From: Octopus vulgaris
Lineage: Eukaryota
Assembly: GCA_951406725.2 (NCBI GenBank)
Contig: OX597814.1
Coordinates: 97,464,001 to 97,528,000, forward strand
DNA: 64,000 nt
Direction of reading: 5' to 3'
The notes beneath the pieces are model-generated. The model had not been told where the DNA came from and searched no databases. It saw only the letters and a program-made list of their open reading frames with translations. A program made the translations under genes and the position numbers. Shown piece by piece: positions 1-11,744 of the stretch (within the stretch, counting starts at the first letter, position 1; each line of letters begins with the position of its first letter).

Positions 1-224
1 ATGTATGTATGTGAGTGAGTGTGCGTGTGTATGTGTGTGTGTAAGTGTGTGCGCGCGCGTGTGTATGTAAATATTCATTGATGCCTTGCTTTATTTGTGA
101 AATAGAGGGAAATTACACCAAGGGAACGGAGAGACAGAAATAAAGATAAAGTCGTAGAGAGAGAGAGAAAGAGAGGGAGAGAGAGAGTAATATAGAGAAA
201 AGGGTAAATACCTAGTTCCCTATA

Positions 225-440
225 TTGAGTTTTAGTTCGATATCACCCCTGATTAAGCATATCCATTGGAAAATTAGTTCCAGTGATGACAATCCTGTCT
301 TTTAAATTGGGACAGTATTATCTGCATTATATAATATAAGGTCATTTCTAATATAAGGTATTCAGGAGTAGGCTGTTTAGAAGAAGATTTAACAGCTACA
401 TCCAGAAACTCAAGGGAACACGTAGAAGTTCTCTCTCATT
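225..440 (+). repeat. Degenerate interspersed repeat ('family C')
   Basis: Loosely similar to 52430-52610 and to the reverse complement of 57433-57670 (tgat-aagca...tcca...atgac-atcc-gtc; agattt...gct motifs). Confidence 0.35.
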
Positions 441-780
441 AGACAACCTACCGGATTCCGAACTGGCTGGACCCACAAACCATAGTTGACTAACGGGATA
501 ACATAAGACTCGACACTTAAAACCAATATATATTAACATATATTACATAGTATCAAGTTTAAAAACATACACTCACACAATACTGTATTACATAGAGTTA
601 TTAAAAATATATAGGGCATTACACAAACGTGAAGAGTAAAGTAAAATAAGACGAACAACAGATCAACCGTCGTCATAACCAATAGTTCCTCGCCACATTT
701 CAAATCGTCAGACTATGCCGTTTATTCAACAATATTTTAGAAAATAAATTTACATACATGCAAACATACTTGATATACAA

Positions 781-905
781 CCACACACACACACACACAC
801 ACACATACTCACACATACTCACACATACACTCACACACACACACACACACAAACACATACTCACACATACACTCACACACACACACATACACACTCACGC
901 ACACA
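781..905. repeat. (CA)n microsatellite, imperfect
   Basis: Direct reading. Confidence 0.95.
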
Positions 906-999
906 CGTTAGGGTCTCACATATACATGGTGAATTAAAAATCTTCATTTAACTACGATTATTCTTGTAGTGTATTGGCAAAGATTTTAGAACATGACAT

Positions 1000-1190
1000 A
1001 AAGTAGTTTGCAGTATTTGTTCTAGATCTTCGTGTCTCTGAGTTCAAATCTAACCCTTGTTGGGATAAAAAAAAGTCCCTTTCCAGGGTGGTGAATGAGC
1101 AGAATTGTCAGAGCATCCGACAGAATGCCTTGCTGCATCAATTCCAGTTCTTGTGTTTTCTGAGTTCAAATTCTGCTGGACAGTACCTAC
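1000..1190 (+). mobile_element. Two degenerate heads of SINE family A
   Basis: tctgagttcaaat B-box motif occurs twice; ggtggtgaatgagcagaa resembles the family A head ggcggcgagctggcagaa. Confidence 0.55.
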
Positions 1191-1716
1191 GTCCAGGATC
1201 AAATACCTGACCCCAGGAGCATCCCACGCAACCCACACTTGGCCAACATGGACAAACCATCTTAAAACATATATAAGTGATGAAATTTCATGCAGTGGTG
1301 GTTAGAAAAAAACCCAAAAAAAACTAGAGTTCTCTGAAATCTGAAAACAGTAATAAAGGGTGATAACTGTAATGATATCAGCTAACAACATTTTATGGGG
1401 GGCGGGGAATAGAAAATTTACATAAGATGTGGATGTTGTTTTCAAATCCAATTGATGAAAGCTGCGGATATGTTTCAATCTTGTTAGGTTTTATCTATTC
1501 AATTCAGTTCGATATAACATTCATGAGTGAGAGTGAACGCGCGCTTGTTGAACTGAGATTATTCTAAAGCTAATTTACAACATTAAATTTACTAGTTGAA
1601 TAAGCTTGAAAAAGGGTTAGGAGAAACTTGAGTCTCGTACGTTATAATACATATATATATTGACTTGAATTGAACCGGTTTCAGCTCATGAGCTGTAGCC
1701 ATGCTGGGGCACCACC

Positions 1717-1935
<219 letters not shown>

Positions 1936-2275
1936 ATGTGGTGTCTGTGCTTGTCTCCCTTCATCGCTTGAGAACCGATGTTGGTAACTTAGCGGTTCGG
2001 TAAGAGACCGACAGAATAACTTGGCTTATGTATGTATGTGTGTGCGTGTGTGTGTGTATAAATTATGTCATATGTAAACAAAAATAAGTTTGTTTTTTGA
2101 AGCGCTGAAATGTATTAGAGTACAGGTAGAAAGATATATTTTTCAACGCATAAATACTGACAGAACAGCATATACAGGATACAATCCTTAATGAGCTGAC
2201 AAATCTTTTTGCTCTGTAAGGATTTTATCCTGTATATGCCGTTCTATATTGCAAAATATATCTTTCTACTTGTAC

Positions 2276-2280
<5 letters not shown>

Positions 2281-2307
<27 letters not shown>

Positions 2308-2685
2308 TGTATGTATGTATGTATGTATGTATGTATGTATGTATGTATGTATGTATGTATGTATGTATGTATGTATGCATGTATGTATGTGTTTATATTT
2401 CACTTAGGCACAGCGATACTAATAATCAGGTGTTAGAAGTCAGTATATTTATACTTCAGAGAAAAACGAGTACAGAGTGTAATAAGAAATTAGATAAATG
2501 GCAAGGGAACAAGATATGTAAGGCGATACACAAGCACTCGGCTACGAGTGTGTATTACACCTTGTTGTAGAAACAGCTGTAAGCTAATGAAGTTCATTAC
2601 ATGATTTTTTTGTTCCCTTGTCATTTATTCAATTTTTTACACACACACACACACACACATACATGCATATATATATATATGTACC

Positions 2686-2716
<31 letters not shown>

Positions 2717-2766
2717 ATGTATGTATGTATGTATGTATGTATGTATGTATGTATGTATGTATGTAT
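2281..2766. repeat. (TATG)n, (CA)n and (TCTG)n microsatellites
   Basis: Arrays at 2281-2388 and 2641-2766. Confidence 0.95.
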
Positions 2767-3279
2767 GCGCGTATTTGTATATGCGTGTATATTTTATTTT
2801 ATCTTATTTCATTACTGTATAAAGCATAACATCTATATAGTATTTTTAAAGATATAGTATTTTGTAAAGGTATGTTGTCTCATTTGATACATAGCTAAAG
2901 AAATATTTATTCCTGAAAAATTTTTGCGCGAATTTACTATGGAATTAACAAATCTTTTCATAGAGACAGACATTTGATTGCTTGTCAACAATCAAAAAAT
3001 ATATATCACAAGAAGAATATATTCATAAATACAATAAACAAAGATACAAAATAAATATGTAGAAAGATTCTTCTGGATTATTTAAAGCCAGTCAGATAAA
3101 GAAAAAAGTTATTTGAAAATTTGAAAAAAAACCGCAAATGATTAGTCATGAATATACATATGAATACACATATATATAAGTGTAAGCGATACTCAACCGT
3201 GGTAGTTGTGAAATTGTGAGTAAATAGAGATAAATCCGAAACTTCATAAGACGTCTTCATCCTTTACATTGATAAAAGC

Positions 3280-3420
3280 AATGAACCAATATCTGTATCG
3301 TTGTAGGTAGTTTCAACAATCCAATGAGATATCGCCTAATGGCAAAAGGTAAGTGACGTCAGGAGAAAATTGCTCGTTCGTTTTCCCGCAGTCTGATTCT
3401 TAAGTGGTTCATTGGCTACA
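3280..3420. promoter_or_regulatory. Putative promoter: CCAAT boxes plus full CRE
   Basis: CCAAT at 3286 and 3321 (35 bp apart), reverse CCAAT (AGCCAATGA on minus) at 3411, palindromic TGACGTCA at 3354-3361, in non-repetitive sequence. Confidence 0.35.
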
Positions 3421-3624
3421 TGATCTTAAAACTAATCATGAAACTAATCACGACTTATTTATTTATTTATTTATTTTTCTATAAGAAGAGCAAATCAAAT
3501 AATCCATAAATCGTTTCCTTTTCTAAACAAAGTGCTCTATAATGTAATTATGTATCCTTTGACGTATAAAATCAAAGAATATCCACGTAAACAAGTTGGG
3601 CGAAAAAAAGTGAAAAAAAATAAC

Positions 3625-3850
3625 GTGGCTGCGTGGTAAGAAGTTTGCTTCCCAACCACATGGTTTGCTTGTCTCCGTAATTTTGCGGTACAGCAAAAGA
3701 GACTGAAAGAATAAGTATCAGGCTTAAAAAAAACAAAAAAAACTTAAGCACTGGGGTAGATTTGTTCGACTAAACTTCTTCAAGGTGGTGTTCCAGCATG
3801 GCCGCAGTCCATGATTGAAACAAGTGATAAGATAAAGGTAAAAGATAAGA
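3625..3850 (+). mobile_element. SINE family B (tRNA-derived, CORE-like), internally deleted
   Basis: gtggctgcgtggtaagaagtttgcttcccaaccacatggtt head and ccagcatggccgcagt...tgaaacaag tail, repeated many times in the window. Confidence 0.8.
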
Positions 3851-4377
3851 TAAAGTAAATAAATAAATAAACTAGTAATACCCGTGACGTATCGAGGGTT
3901 GCCAGCACTCGGTAGCAAAGGCAATTTTTGGCGACTTCACCGTAGATTAATAAGCATTTTAAACAAGAAGAAATTTTACGGCCTTCCTAATTGCACCCGT
4001 GAGTGTCTGATCCTTCGTTCCCCACTCTTGCTATGCTTATGAATGATATATTTCTTTTAAAAAATCATTCTAAGCCATGTTTTAACTAAAAGGTTAGTAT
4101 ACTGAAATTTAGTATATTGAAATAAATTTTTAAAAACCCAAAAATCTATATTTAGATGATACGCACGTGCATAAATTCCCAGTTTCATCAAAATGTATAT
4201 TTACAAAACAAGCAAACAAACAAATAAATAAATAAATAAGTATATAAACGAAATCGTTTTACTAAGGAAGATAAGAGGGCGTTATACTTTCGAAACCGAA
4301 AGTATATTTATAGAAATGATTTGTCTGTAAATATTCCCTACTGATACACATAAATTCATGCATCCAAACAGATATAC

Positions 4378-4415
<38 letters not shown>

Positions 4416-4689
4416 CTCTCTTTCTCTCTCCATCTCCCTCCTCCCTCTCTCTTTCTCTATACATGTATGTATGTATGTATGTATGTAAAAATAAATGCAC
4501 GTAGCTATAAATTGGTCCCTTTATCTGAGATGGAGTTAAATTAGATTTAATAACTTAAAATATGCTTTTCCTTTTTATACCCACACACATTCACATTTTT
4601 AAGTAATCATTTGAATTTATTCGATGTGCTCTCGAATACACTGACGTGGATAACTATGCCAGCACCCTGCTAATAATGTACAGTTACAG

Positions 4690-5105
4690 AAGCATCGACA
4701 CTATACTGAGAGAATACAAGGGATCTACAGGGGCACATATAAGCCGAGACTGCTAGGCAACTAGACACTTGGAGAAGTAAGTCCGTGTTGACCAGCTGCA
4801 ATTTTCTTTCGATGACCAGCTGCAATTTCTTTCGATGGGCTGAGGACCTGATGAAAGTGCTTAGAGTTTGGATCAAAATTTTGGATGGATAGGAACTAGG
4901 AGGAGGTCAGGAGCAGGGTGGCTAATCCCACATAGAAATAAGCCGGGAGAATGTTGCATCTAAAAGGTCTGGCGGAATTAGCTAATGCATACATAGCCGC
5001 GGTAGTGTACTACCGCCTCACCGTCATACCTTGTCCTATTTCTGACCAGATTTCAGCGCTTGCTTTTACGCTTCTCTTGGAAGGATCAGGGTCCGATGAT
5101 CAGTA
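4690..5105 (+). mobile_element. L1/Tx1-clade LINE reverse transcriptase C-terminal fragment (degenerate)
   Basis: Translates ILREYKGSTGAHISR, LMKVLRVW and, from 4951, MLHLKGLAELANAYIAAVVYYRLTVIPCP, matching the L1/Tx1 pattern GAKIN..KS / LGVWF / LSLKGRA..AN..I....YRL. Confidence 0.7.
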
Positions 5106-5159
5106 AGTTGATCTCATGGAATGCCGTCGCTTGTGATGTTTTGGTGAGCGCTGACACAC

Positions 5160-5774
5160 TTGCAGGCACGATCTGTTGACCGTGCCTCTGCTCTTTCTCC
5201 TCGTACCCGCCCCACCCTTACCCGTCTTCTGTTTCCAACGCACCATTTTCCGAGTCTCCCGGCGACTCCAGTCCGACCTCTCCATCTAGCACATCTTCCC
5301 TAACCTACCCCTTTCCTCCTTCAAACGAGCCCATAACCTGCGTGACCTCCTGGACCACAGTTTCTTCCCTACCTCTGCCTCCCAGTCTGACTCTTTCCCC
5401 TGTCTCTCCAACACCACCATCCTCACAGGCACCCATCACTGTTCCTATCATGTCACCGACTCTTTTACCTGCACTTTCAGTAATGTCATATACTGCATCT
5501 CCTGCTCTCTTTGTCCATCCCTGTACATTGGTCAAACGGAACGTCGCTTGGCTGGCCGGTGCGCGGAGCACCTCCGGAACATCAGACTCGGCAATGATAC
5601 CTCGTTCTCGCGCTATTTCTGCTCTACCGGTCATTTATCACAACATCTGTCTATGTTCGGACTGTCTCTGCACAGGGGCCACTCGGACTCAGCCTTCGCC
5701 GTGAACAGGAATTAATCTTCTCTCTTCATTCCTTTGCTCTATATGGGCTCAACTCACCTCCTCTCTTCATCTGA
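5160..5774 (+). mobile_element. Penelope-like element 3' part with GIY-YIG endonuclease (frameshifted)
   Basis: FKRAHNLRDLL upstream; frame from 5461 reads SFTCTFSNVIYCISCSLCPSLYIGQTERRLAGRCAEHLRNI; after a frameshift RREQELIFSL...GLN, stop at 5772-5774; CA-rich tail follows to about 6400. Confidence 0.9.
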
Positions 5775-6400
5775 CACTAACCACACCTCCTCTCCTCGTT
5801 TGACACCAATCCAACACTGATTCCCACTCACTTCCCACACCCTCCACCTACACACCTGCATACAGCCTACCTCGGTACCCTCATCCACATGCACCACTAT
5901 ACGCACACCCATACACACTGTTCATCTCATCAATACACAATTCCTTCTCACTGAACACACACTTCTCAGCACTCACACAAAACACCATCATTTCTACACA
6001 CACAATAGCGTCACCACACATACTACTATATGAGCAGCCATACACACTGTTTAACTCAGTACTCAGTAGTCACACCACACATCATTATGCATACTCCTAA
6101 GCCCTCACAAGCACATCATACCTGAACACAGACAATATATACACGTACACACATACATACGCATGCAACACACATAGACAAAGATAACTTTCGCTTACAT
6201 AAATACACTATACACATGCGCACTATTTGGTCGCAGTGACACACACACACATACACACACACGCACATACACACACATCAACTGCTACACACAATACATA
6301 CGCATACACACACGTCACACATACGTTGCACACGCTCACACGTCAAACTCATTCGCTCCCATTCACACATACATACACACTCACACACACCATTCTTACA

Positions 6401-6604
6401 CGAAGGATCAAAAAGCGATGTCGCTGCGAACGCTTGGCCGCCACAAGCCAGTTATTCCTATGGTAACTTTTCTGACACCTGTCGGCGGACGCATAGCTCG
6501 CCGCTGTAATTCGGAAAGGATCGATGGGCCACGCTTTCGCGGTCCGTATTCGTACTGAAAATCGTGATCGAACGAGCTTTTGCCCTTTTGCTCGACGTGT
6601 GGTT
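6401..6604 (-). rRNA. 28S rRNA: 28S rRNA fragment (pseudogene), domain V / peptidyl-transferase region
   Basis: Minus strand reads GAGCAAAAGGGCAAAAGC...TTTTCAGTACGAATAC...GGTGTCAGAAAAGTTACCATAGGAATAACTGGCTTGTGGCGGCCAAGCGTTC...TTTTTGATCCTTCG, the conserved eukaryotic LSU sequence with substitutions; about 200 bp, isolated. Confidence 0.93.
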
Positions 6605-6617
6605 GCGCACCCCTCTT

Positions 6618-6630
6618 GTTGGGGTCACCA
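6618..6630 (-). other. tRNA-Trp primer-binding-site-like motif
   Basis: Minus strand TGGTGACCCCAAC vs canonical TGGTGACCCCGAC; preceded by ...TTCA, as expected for an LTR end. Confidence 0.5.
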
Positions 6631-6889
6631 TGAATTATCTTCAAGGCAGAAAATGCTAAAATGATTTTATCATGAAGAACATTTTAGTACCGGTTTCAGT
6701 CTGTACGACTTTTTCAACGTAGAGTAAAGCATGAAAAACAATTAAATGAAATGTTTTTTAAAAACATTTCTATAGCTTTGAAATGCAGGGGACATTTTCC
6801 TATTTTCTGTCTGTCTCTCTCTTTTTTACTCTTATGAAGGCTTGGTAGTAGGTAGTAGCAGTCCTAAAAGAATATGTGATATATATATG

Positions 6890-6904
6890 TGCGTGTGTTT
6901 GTGC

Positions 6905-6999
<95 letters not shown>

Positions 7000-7118
7000 C
7001 GTGCGTGTGCGCATATGTGTGGTTGAAACTAAACAACAGTGTTGAACTGCTGATGCTGTACTGCTTTCCCGGGGCAGTTTCATAAATCCTTACACACACA
7101 CACACACACACACACACT
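6890..7118. repeat. (GT)n and (CA)n microsatellites
   Basis: Direct reading. Confidence 0.95.
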
Positions 7119-7134
7119 ATTAATAACATATAAA

Positions 7135-7227
7135 ATTATATTCTGATATCAGCCGCTTCACCAATCGGTTTCATAGCAACTTCTAGTTTGAACCCGATTG
7201 GTAAAGTGGCTGATATGACAATGTAAT
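7135..7227. other. pre-miRNA-like / MITE-like hairpin
   Basis: 28-bp stem (7146-7173 with 7189-7216, 3 differences), 15-nt loop, about 11-bp imperfect basal extension. Confidence 0.6.
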
Positions 7228-7281
7228 ACTATATTTTATAAATAATAAATATAACCACTCTGTTGGCCAGTACATCAGGAC

Positions 7282-7811
7282 CTGTTTCCCCTGGTTTATG
7301 CATTTTTATACAAATATATATATGTGTGTGTACACGTACACACACTCACACATACATAAATACATACATACATACATACATACATACATACACGCATGTA
7401 CGCGCACATACACCTATGCACAGATCAAAATAGATATAGATTTAGATACAAATATTGTTATCTGTGGAGACATATTTTGTAGAAAAAGAAATAGCGGCCT
7501 TTTGGCTGCTATTTCTAAATTTTCGGTATGTGGCGAAGCAACTTGCTGCTTAAACCCTTAATCATTGTTAATCAAGACCGCTATTTCTTTTTCTACAAAA
7601 TATGTCTCCACAGATAACAATATTTGTATCTAAATCTATATCTATTTTGATCTGTGCACAGGTGTATGTATGTATGTATGTATGTATGTATGTATGTATG
7701 TATGTATGTATGTATGTATGTATGTATGTATGTATGTGTGTGTGTATGTGTGAGTGTGTGTGTGTGTACACACACACACGCACACACTCACACATAAACC
7801 AGGGGAAACAG
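7282..7811. repeat. Foldback inverted duplication, about 530 bp
   Basis: ctgtttcccctggtttatg (7282-7300) vs cataaaccaggggaaacag (7793-7811); about 80 bp of near-perfect inner arms (about 7418-7497 vs 7578-7659); microsatellites inside both arms. Confidence 0.92.
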
Positions 7812-8599
7812 ATAGATAGACAGATCTACATATATACATGTGCTTGCATGTGCACGCATATATGCACGCGTCTGAATGTGTTCGTGTGCGCGCGCGTTGT
7901 GTTCACGCACGTGTATACGAAGAATTTGTGTTGGGCAAATGGTTAGTTGTTAGCGATCGATGACTACAGCTTAATTTCAATATTTGTTTAGAGCTATTCT
8001 AGCAACCATTCACACATGTGTGCGTGTCTGTGTGTTTGCGTGTGTGTGCGAGAGAGAGTGTGTATGTAGCAAGTTCATTGTCCTAAAAAGCATGATCAGC
8101 GGGGTGTATTTGTGCCTAATAGAATGGCAGGGAAATACTCAGGCTGAAATATTTTCTGTCCCTGAGAAGGAAATGTAGTTCTATTGTGAAACCTCTGCGA
8201 CATTATAAATGTATGGTTGTCACGAAAGGTCATCTAAGATAGTAAGATGTGACGTATACCGGAATAACTGGTGTTTTGATGGTGTATTAAAATGTTTTAT
8301 TGATGAGCAGTTGCATAGTTCTGAAGAATGAAAGTAAGTTAATGACAAATGCAGTTGATTCTCGAGGCAAAAGGCATCAAAATAATATGCTTCTTTACTT
8401 TTCTTTTAGTTTAAATTAGTCGATATGAACATCGATGCATAAAATGAAAGAAGCAAGGCAATAAATTGAATTCTATTTAGGATATGTTGTTCATAATTAA
8501 AGTGTGAGAAGTATGAAATATGTTTTCATGATATGTACAGTGACTGTGGTTTTGTGCACTTAAAAGAAATGGTTGTTATGTGACTGTTAAAGTATGTTC

Positions 8600-8808
8600 T
8601 CAGGGTCATTGTTAATGTCGGTAGTGTTTGTCTAGCGTGAGATATTCAGACCGAATGAGGATGGATCCAGTGTGCAAAAAAGTTAAGGAAGAATGACGGA
8701 TTATATCATCTACATAGGCGAGTGTGTTGCTAAAGCTGGCAGTAAATAGATCGCTCATGTATAGAAGTAAGAGTATGAGAGACGTTGCCGAATTTTGGGA
8801 TACACCCA
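8600..8808 (-). mobile_element. Old LINE reverse transcriptase fragment
   Basis: GVSQNSATSLILLLLYMSDL...LAYVDDI resembles RT motifs GVPQGS.LSP.LF.LY..DL and YADD. Confidence 0.7.
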
Positions 8809-9200
8809 GGGCCGAATTCATGTATGGGCGCATGTGAGCCATGGTCCAAGGGTCCCCAAGCTTGGCGGCTCCTTTAACTCAGAGAAACCTAAATAATTTG
8901 AAAATATATTTATAACATTCAAATAAATAATTTGTAAATTTTTTTTGTTTAATATTTTATTGATCCAATTGAGTTCTTTAAAAATTCATGAACCCCCTTT
9001 TTATTTATTGGGCCCTATTTTGATATATTGGGCCTCTAAATCTACTGAGGCACTTTAACGTTTAGGGGCCTTTTCAAACTATTTGGGGTTTCTAGGTTTA
9101 ATGGGGCCATCTTTGTAATCTGGGTATGTTTTGAATTAACAAAAACGTTGCCCCCCACCAAACCTGTTAACTCAGGGTCTCTACTAGGTCTAAGTCTGGC
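8807..9200. mobile_element. Degenerate hAT-like MITE
   Basis: Begins cagggccgaatt, ends aagtctggc, internal gggcc subterminal motifs; interrupts the LINE fragment. Confidence 0.4.
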
Positions 9201-9339
9201 TTTGGATACATAAGAGTATACAGATCTTGTGACGTGTCGAAAAAATACCACTCAGCTATAGATCATAGACAGATAAGTTAACCAAGAATTTTTTATGCCA
9301 TACACAGTATGAGTCTTATGCCATACACAGTATGAATCC

Positions 9340-10032
9340 TATAGTAGGAGTCACTTGCAAAAGGTGCCGCGCAGTAGAACTGAACTCGAAACCATATGTT
9401 TGCAAAGAAGGCTTTCTAATCAAACAGCCTTGCCTGTGCCTATAAAATTTCACAGTTGGAAAAAAAAAATAAAAGTTAACCAAAGTTTTGCAAATTCAAA
9501 CCATAAACAGGCCACTGATTATAATGAACATATGGCTCGACGAAGATGTCGCCATGTTTAATATTACGCCAAGGAGTAGAGATAATGCTAACTACGATTA
9601 ATTATATAGAAAATAGACACCAACGTACCAAAACTATAAGATGCATATGTTTATAAGTTAATCTAAAATATATTGCTTTTAAATTTTGGCTCAAGGACAG
9701 CAATTTTCGGGGAGGGGTTAAGTATATCACGTCGACCCCAGTGCTGAACTGGAACTTATTTTATCGACCACGAAAAGATAAAACATAAAGTCGACCTCGA
9801 CCGAATTTAACCTCAGTGTAAAGACGGAGGAAATACCGCCTAAACATTTTTTCCGGCGTGCTAACAATTCTGCCAGGTCGCCACCTTTCGCAAATGTTGG
9901 TACAAAGCCAGTAATTTCGAGGGCGGAGGAGGTTAGTCGATTACATCTCTCCCAGTGCTTAAACTGGTACTTATTTTATAGACCCCGAAAGGATGCAAGG
10001 CAAAATCGACCTCAGTGGAATTTGAACTCAGT
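9340..10032 (-). mobile_element. SINE cluster (family B head 9340-9440; two family A copies 9680-10032)
   Basis: Reverse complements of the family A/B consensus (tcgaccccgaaaggatgaaaggcaaagtcgacctcgg...tttgaactcag). Confidence 0.8.
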
Positions 10033-10216
10033 AGTTAATTTAAAATATATTTAACATTTAAAGTGATTGATTTTGTCTTCATGTAGAAAAACATTGAGCA
10101 TAGTTGATACCATTCTAGAGAATGTCAATAAAATAGTAATATCTAAGTTTTCACGAAAGATTTTCATTTATCTTTGAAAAATGATCCGAGTGTTTGTTTT
10201 AGTTATTATTGAGTGA

Positions 10217-10221
<5 letters not shown>

Positions 10222-10270
<49 letters not shown>

Positions 10271-10279
10271 CGTGTGCGC

Positions 10280-10314
<35 letters not shown>

Positions 10315-10315
10315 C

Positions 10316-10352
<37 letters not shown>
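10222..10352. repeat. (GT)n(GA)n microsatellite
   Basis: Direct reading. Confidence 0.97.
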
Positions 10353-10355
<3 letters not shown>

Positions 10356-10571
10356 CTTCTTATAGCTATCATTAAGATGTCTCACAACAAGTCAGAATTA
10401 ACATTTTAAAAGTAGGGAATATTAACAGACTAGCTAGATATAAATAGGCAGTGAGGGAAAATAAACAATATCACTTAATGACTTATATCATTTTCATTTT
10501 TTACAGCAAATACAAGAGACAACTCCGTACATATCTCGGCCTATTCTGCCTTCATAATACATTTCGAAGTG

Positions 10572-10950
10572 AGGCAGCCAGCTGGCAGAAACGTTAGCAC
10601 GCCGGGCGAAATGCTTAGTCGTATTTTGTCTGCTGCTACGTTCTGAGTTCAAATTCCGCCGAGGTCGACTTTGCCTTTCATCCTTTCGGGGTCGATTAAA
10701 TAAGTACCAGTTACGCACTGGGGTCGATATAATCAACTTAATCCGTTTGTCTGTCCTTGTTCGTCCCTTCTGTGTTTAGCCCCTTGTGTGTAGTAAAGAA
10801 ATATGTATTCCTTCTGTCTTTACTTCTAAGTTGAAATTCCGCCAAGGTCGACATTACCTTTCGGGGTCGATAAGTTAAGTATTAGTCGACTCCCCCCCCC
10901 CCAACCCCACAAAAAAAAAAAAATTTCAGGCCTTGTACCTAGTAGAAAAG
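10572..10950 (+). mobile_element. SINE family A dimer (tRNA-derived head, Meta-like central domain)
   Basis: gctggcagaaacgttagcacgccgggcgaaatg...gttctgagttcaaattccgccgaggtcgactttgcctttcatcctttcggggtcga. Confidence 0.88.
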
Positions 10951-11124
10951 AATACACGATGTGGAGAGCATTAAAAAGCCAATTAGAAATTAATATGCGA
11001 TGAAGAAAGAAACAATGTTAGTCAATGACAGATTTAATTTTCGTTTTAGATCCAGAAGTAGCGCTTAAATTGTACACATTTTTTAATCAATAACCTGACA
11101 AATATTTATAAAAAAAAAGTATCG

Positions 11125-11500
11125 TTTATCTTTTACTTGTTTCAGTCACTGGACAGCGGCCATGCTAGAATACTGCCTCAAAGAGTCTAGTCGAACAAAT
11201 TAACCACAGTTAATTTTGTTTTTAAGTCAGTTACTTATTCGACCAGTCCCAAGACCATTTGTCAAGCCACGAGGTGGGTCACACACGAAACCCTCCCCCC
11301 ACGTATATATATTTACACACACACACACACACACACACGACGGGCTTCCACGGATTGCGTCTACTAAATTCCACTCGCAAGGCAATGGTTGGCTCGGGGC
11401 TAAAGTGGAAGACACTTGCTCAAGGTACCGTACAGTGGGACTGAACCCGAAACAACAAGGTTGCAAGCCGAGCTTTTTAACCATATAGCCATGCCTGTAC
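11125..11500 (-). mobile_element. SINE family B
   Basis: Reverse complement of family B, with internal (CA)n. Confidence 0.8.
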
Positions 11501-11744
11501 CTAAGTAAACAAATTGTCTTTTTTTTTTTTTTTAAGTAATTTACAAAATTAGAAATAGAATAACGAACAAAAGGTAGGCATTTAATTAAAATTAATTGAT
11601 TAATTTTTTAAATCCTTCAACCGAAATACAAAATAGTGATAACAAAAAGAAATAAGAAAAAATATTAAATTGACAATAGCTCAAGTTATTATCCTTAAAA
11701 GTAGAAATTAATTACAAGTATGGATCGTGGACGATAGATGTTTA

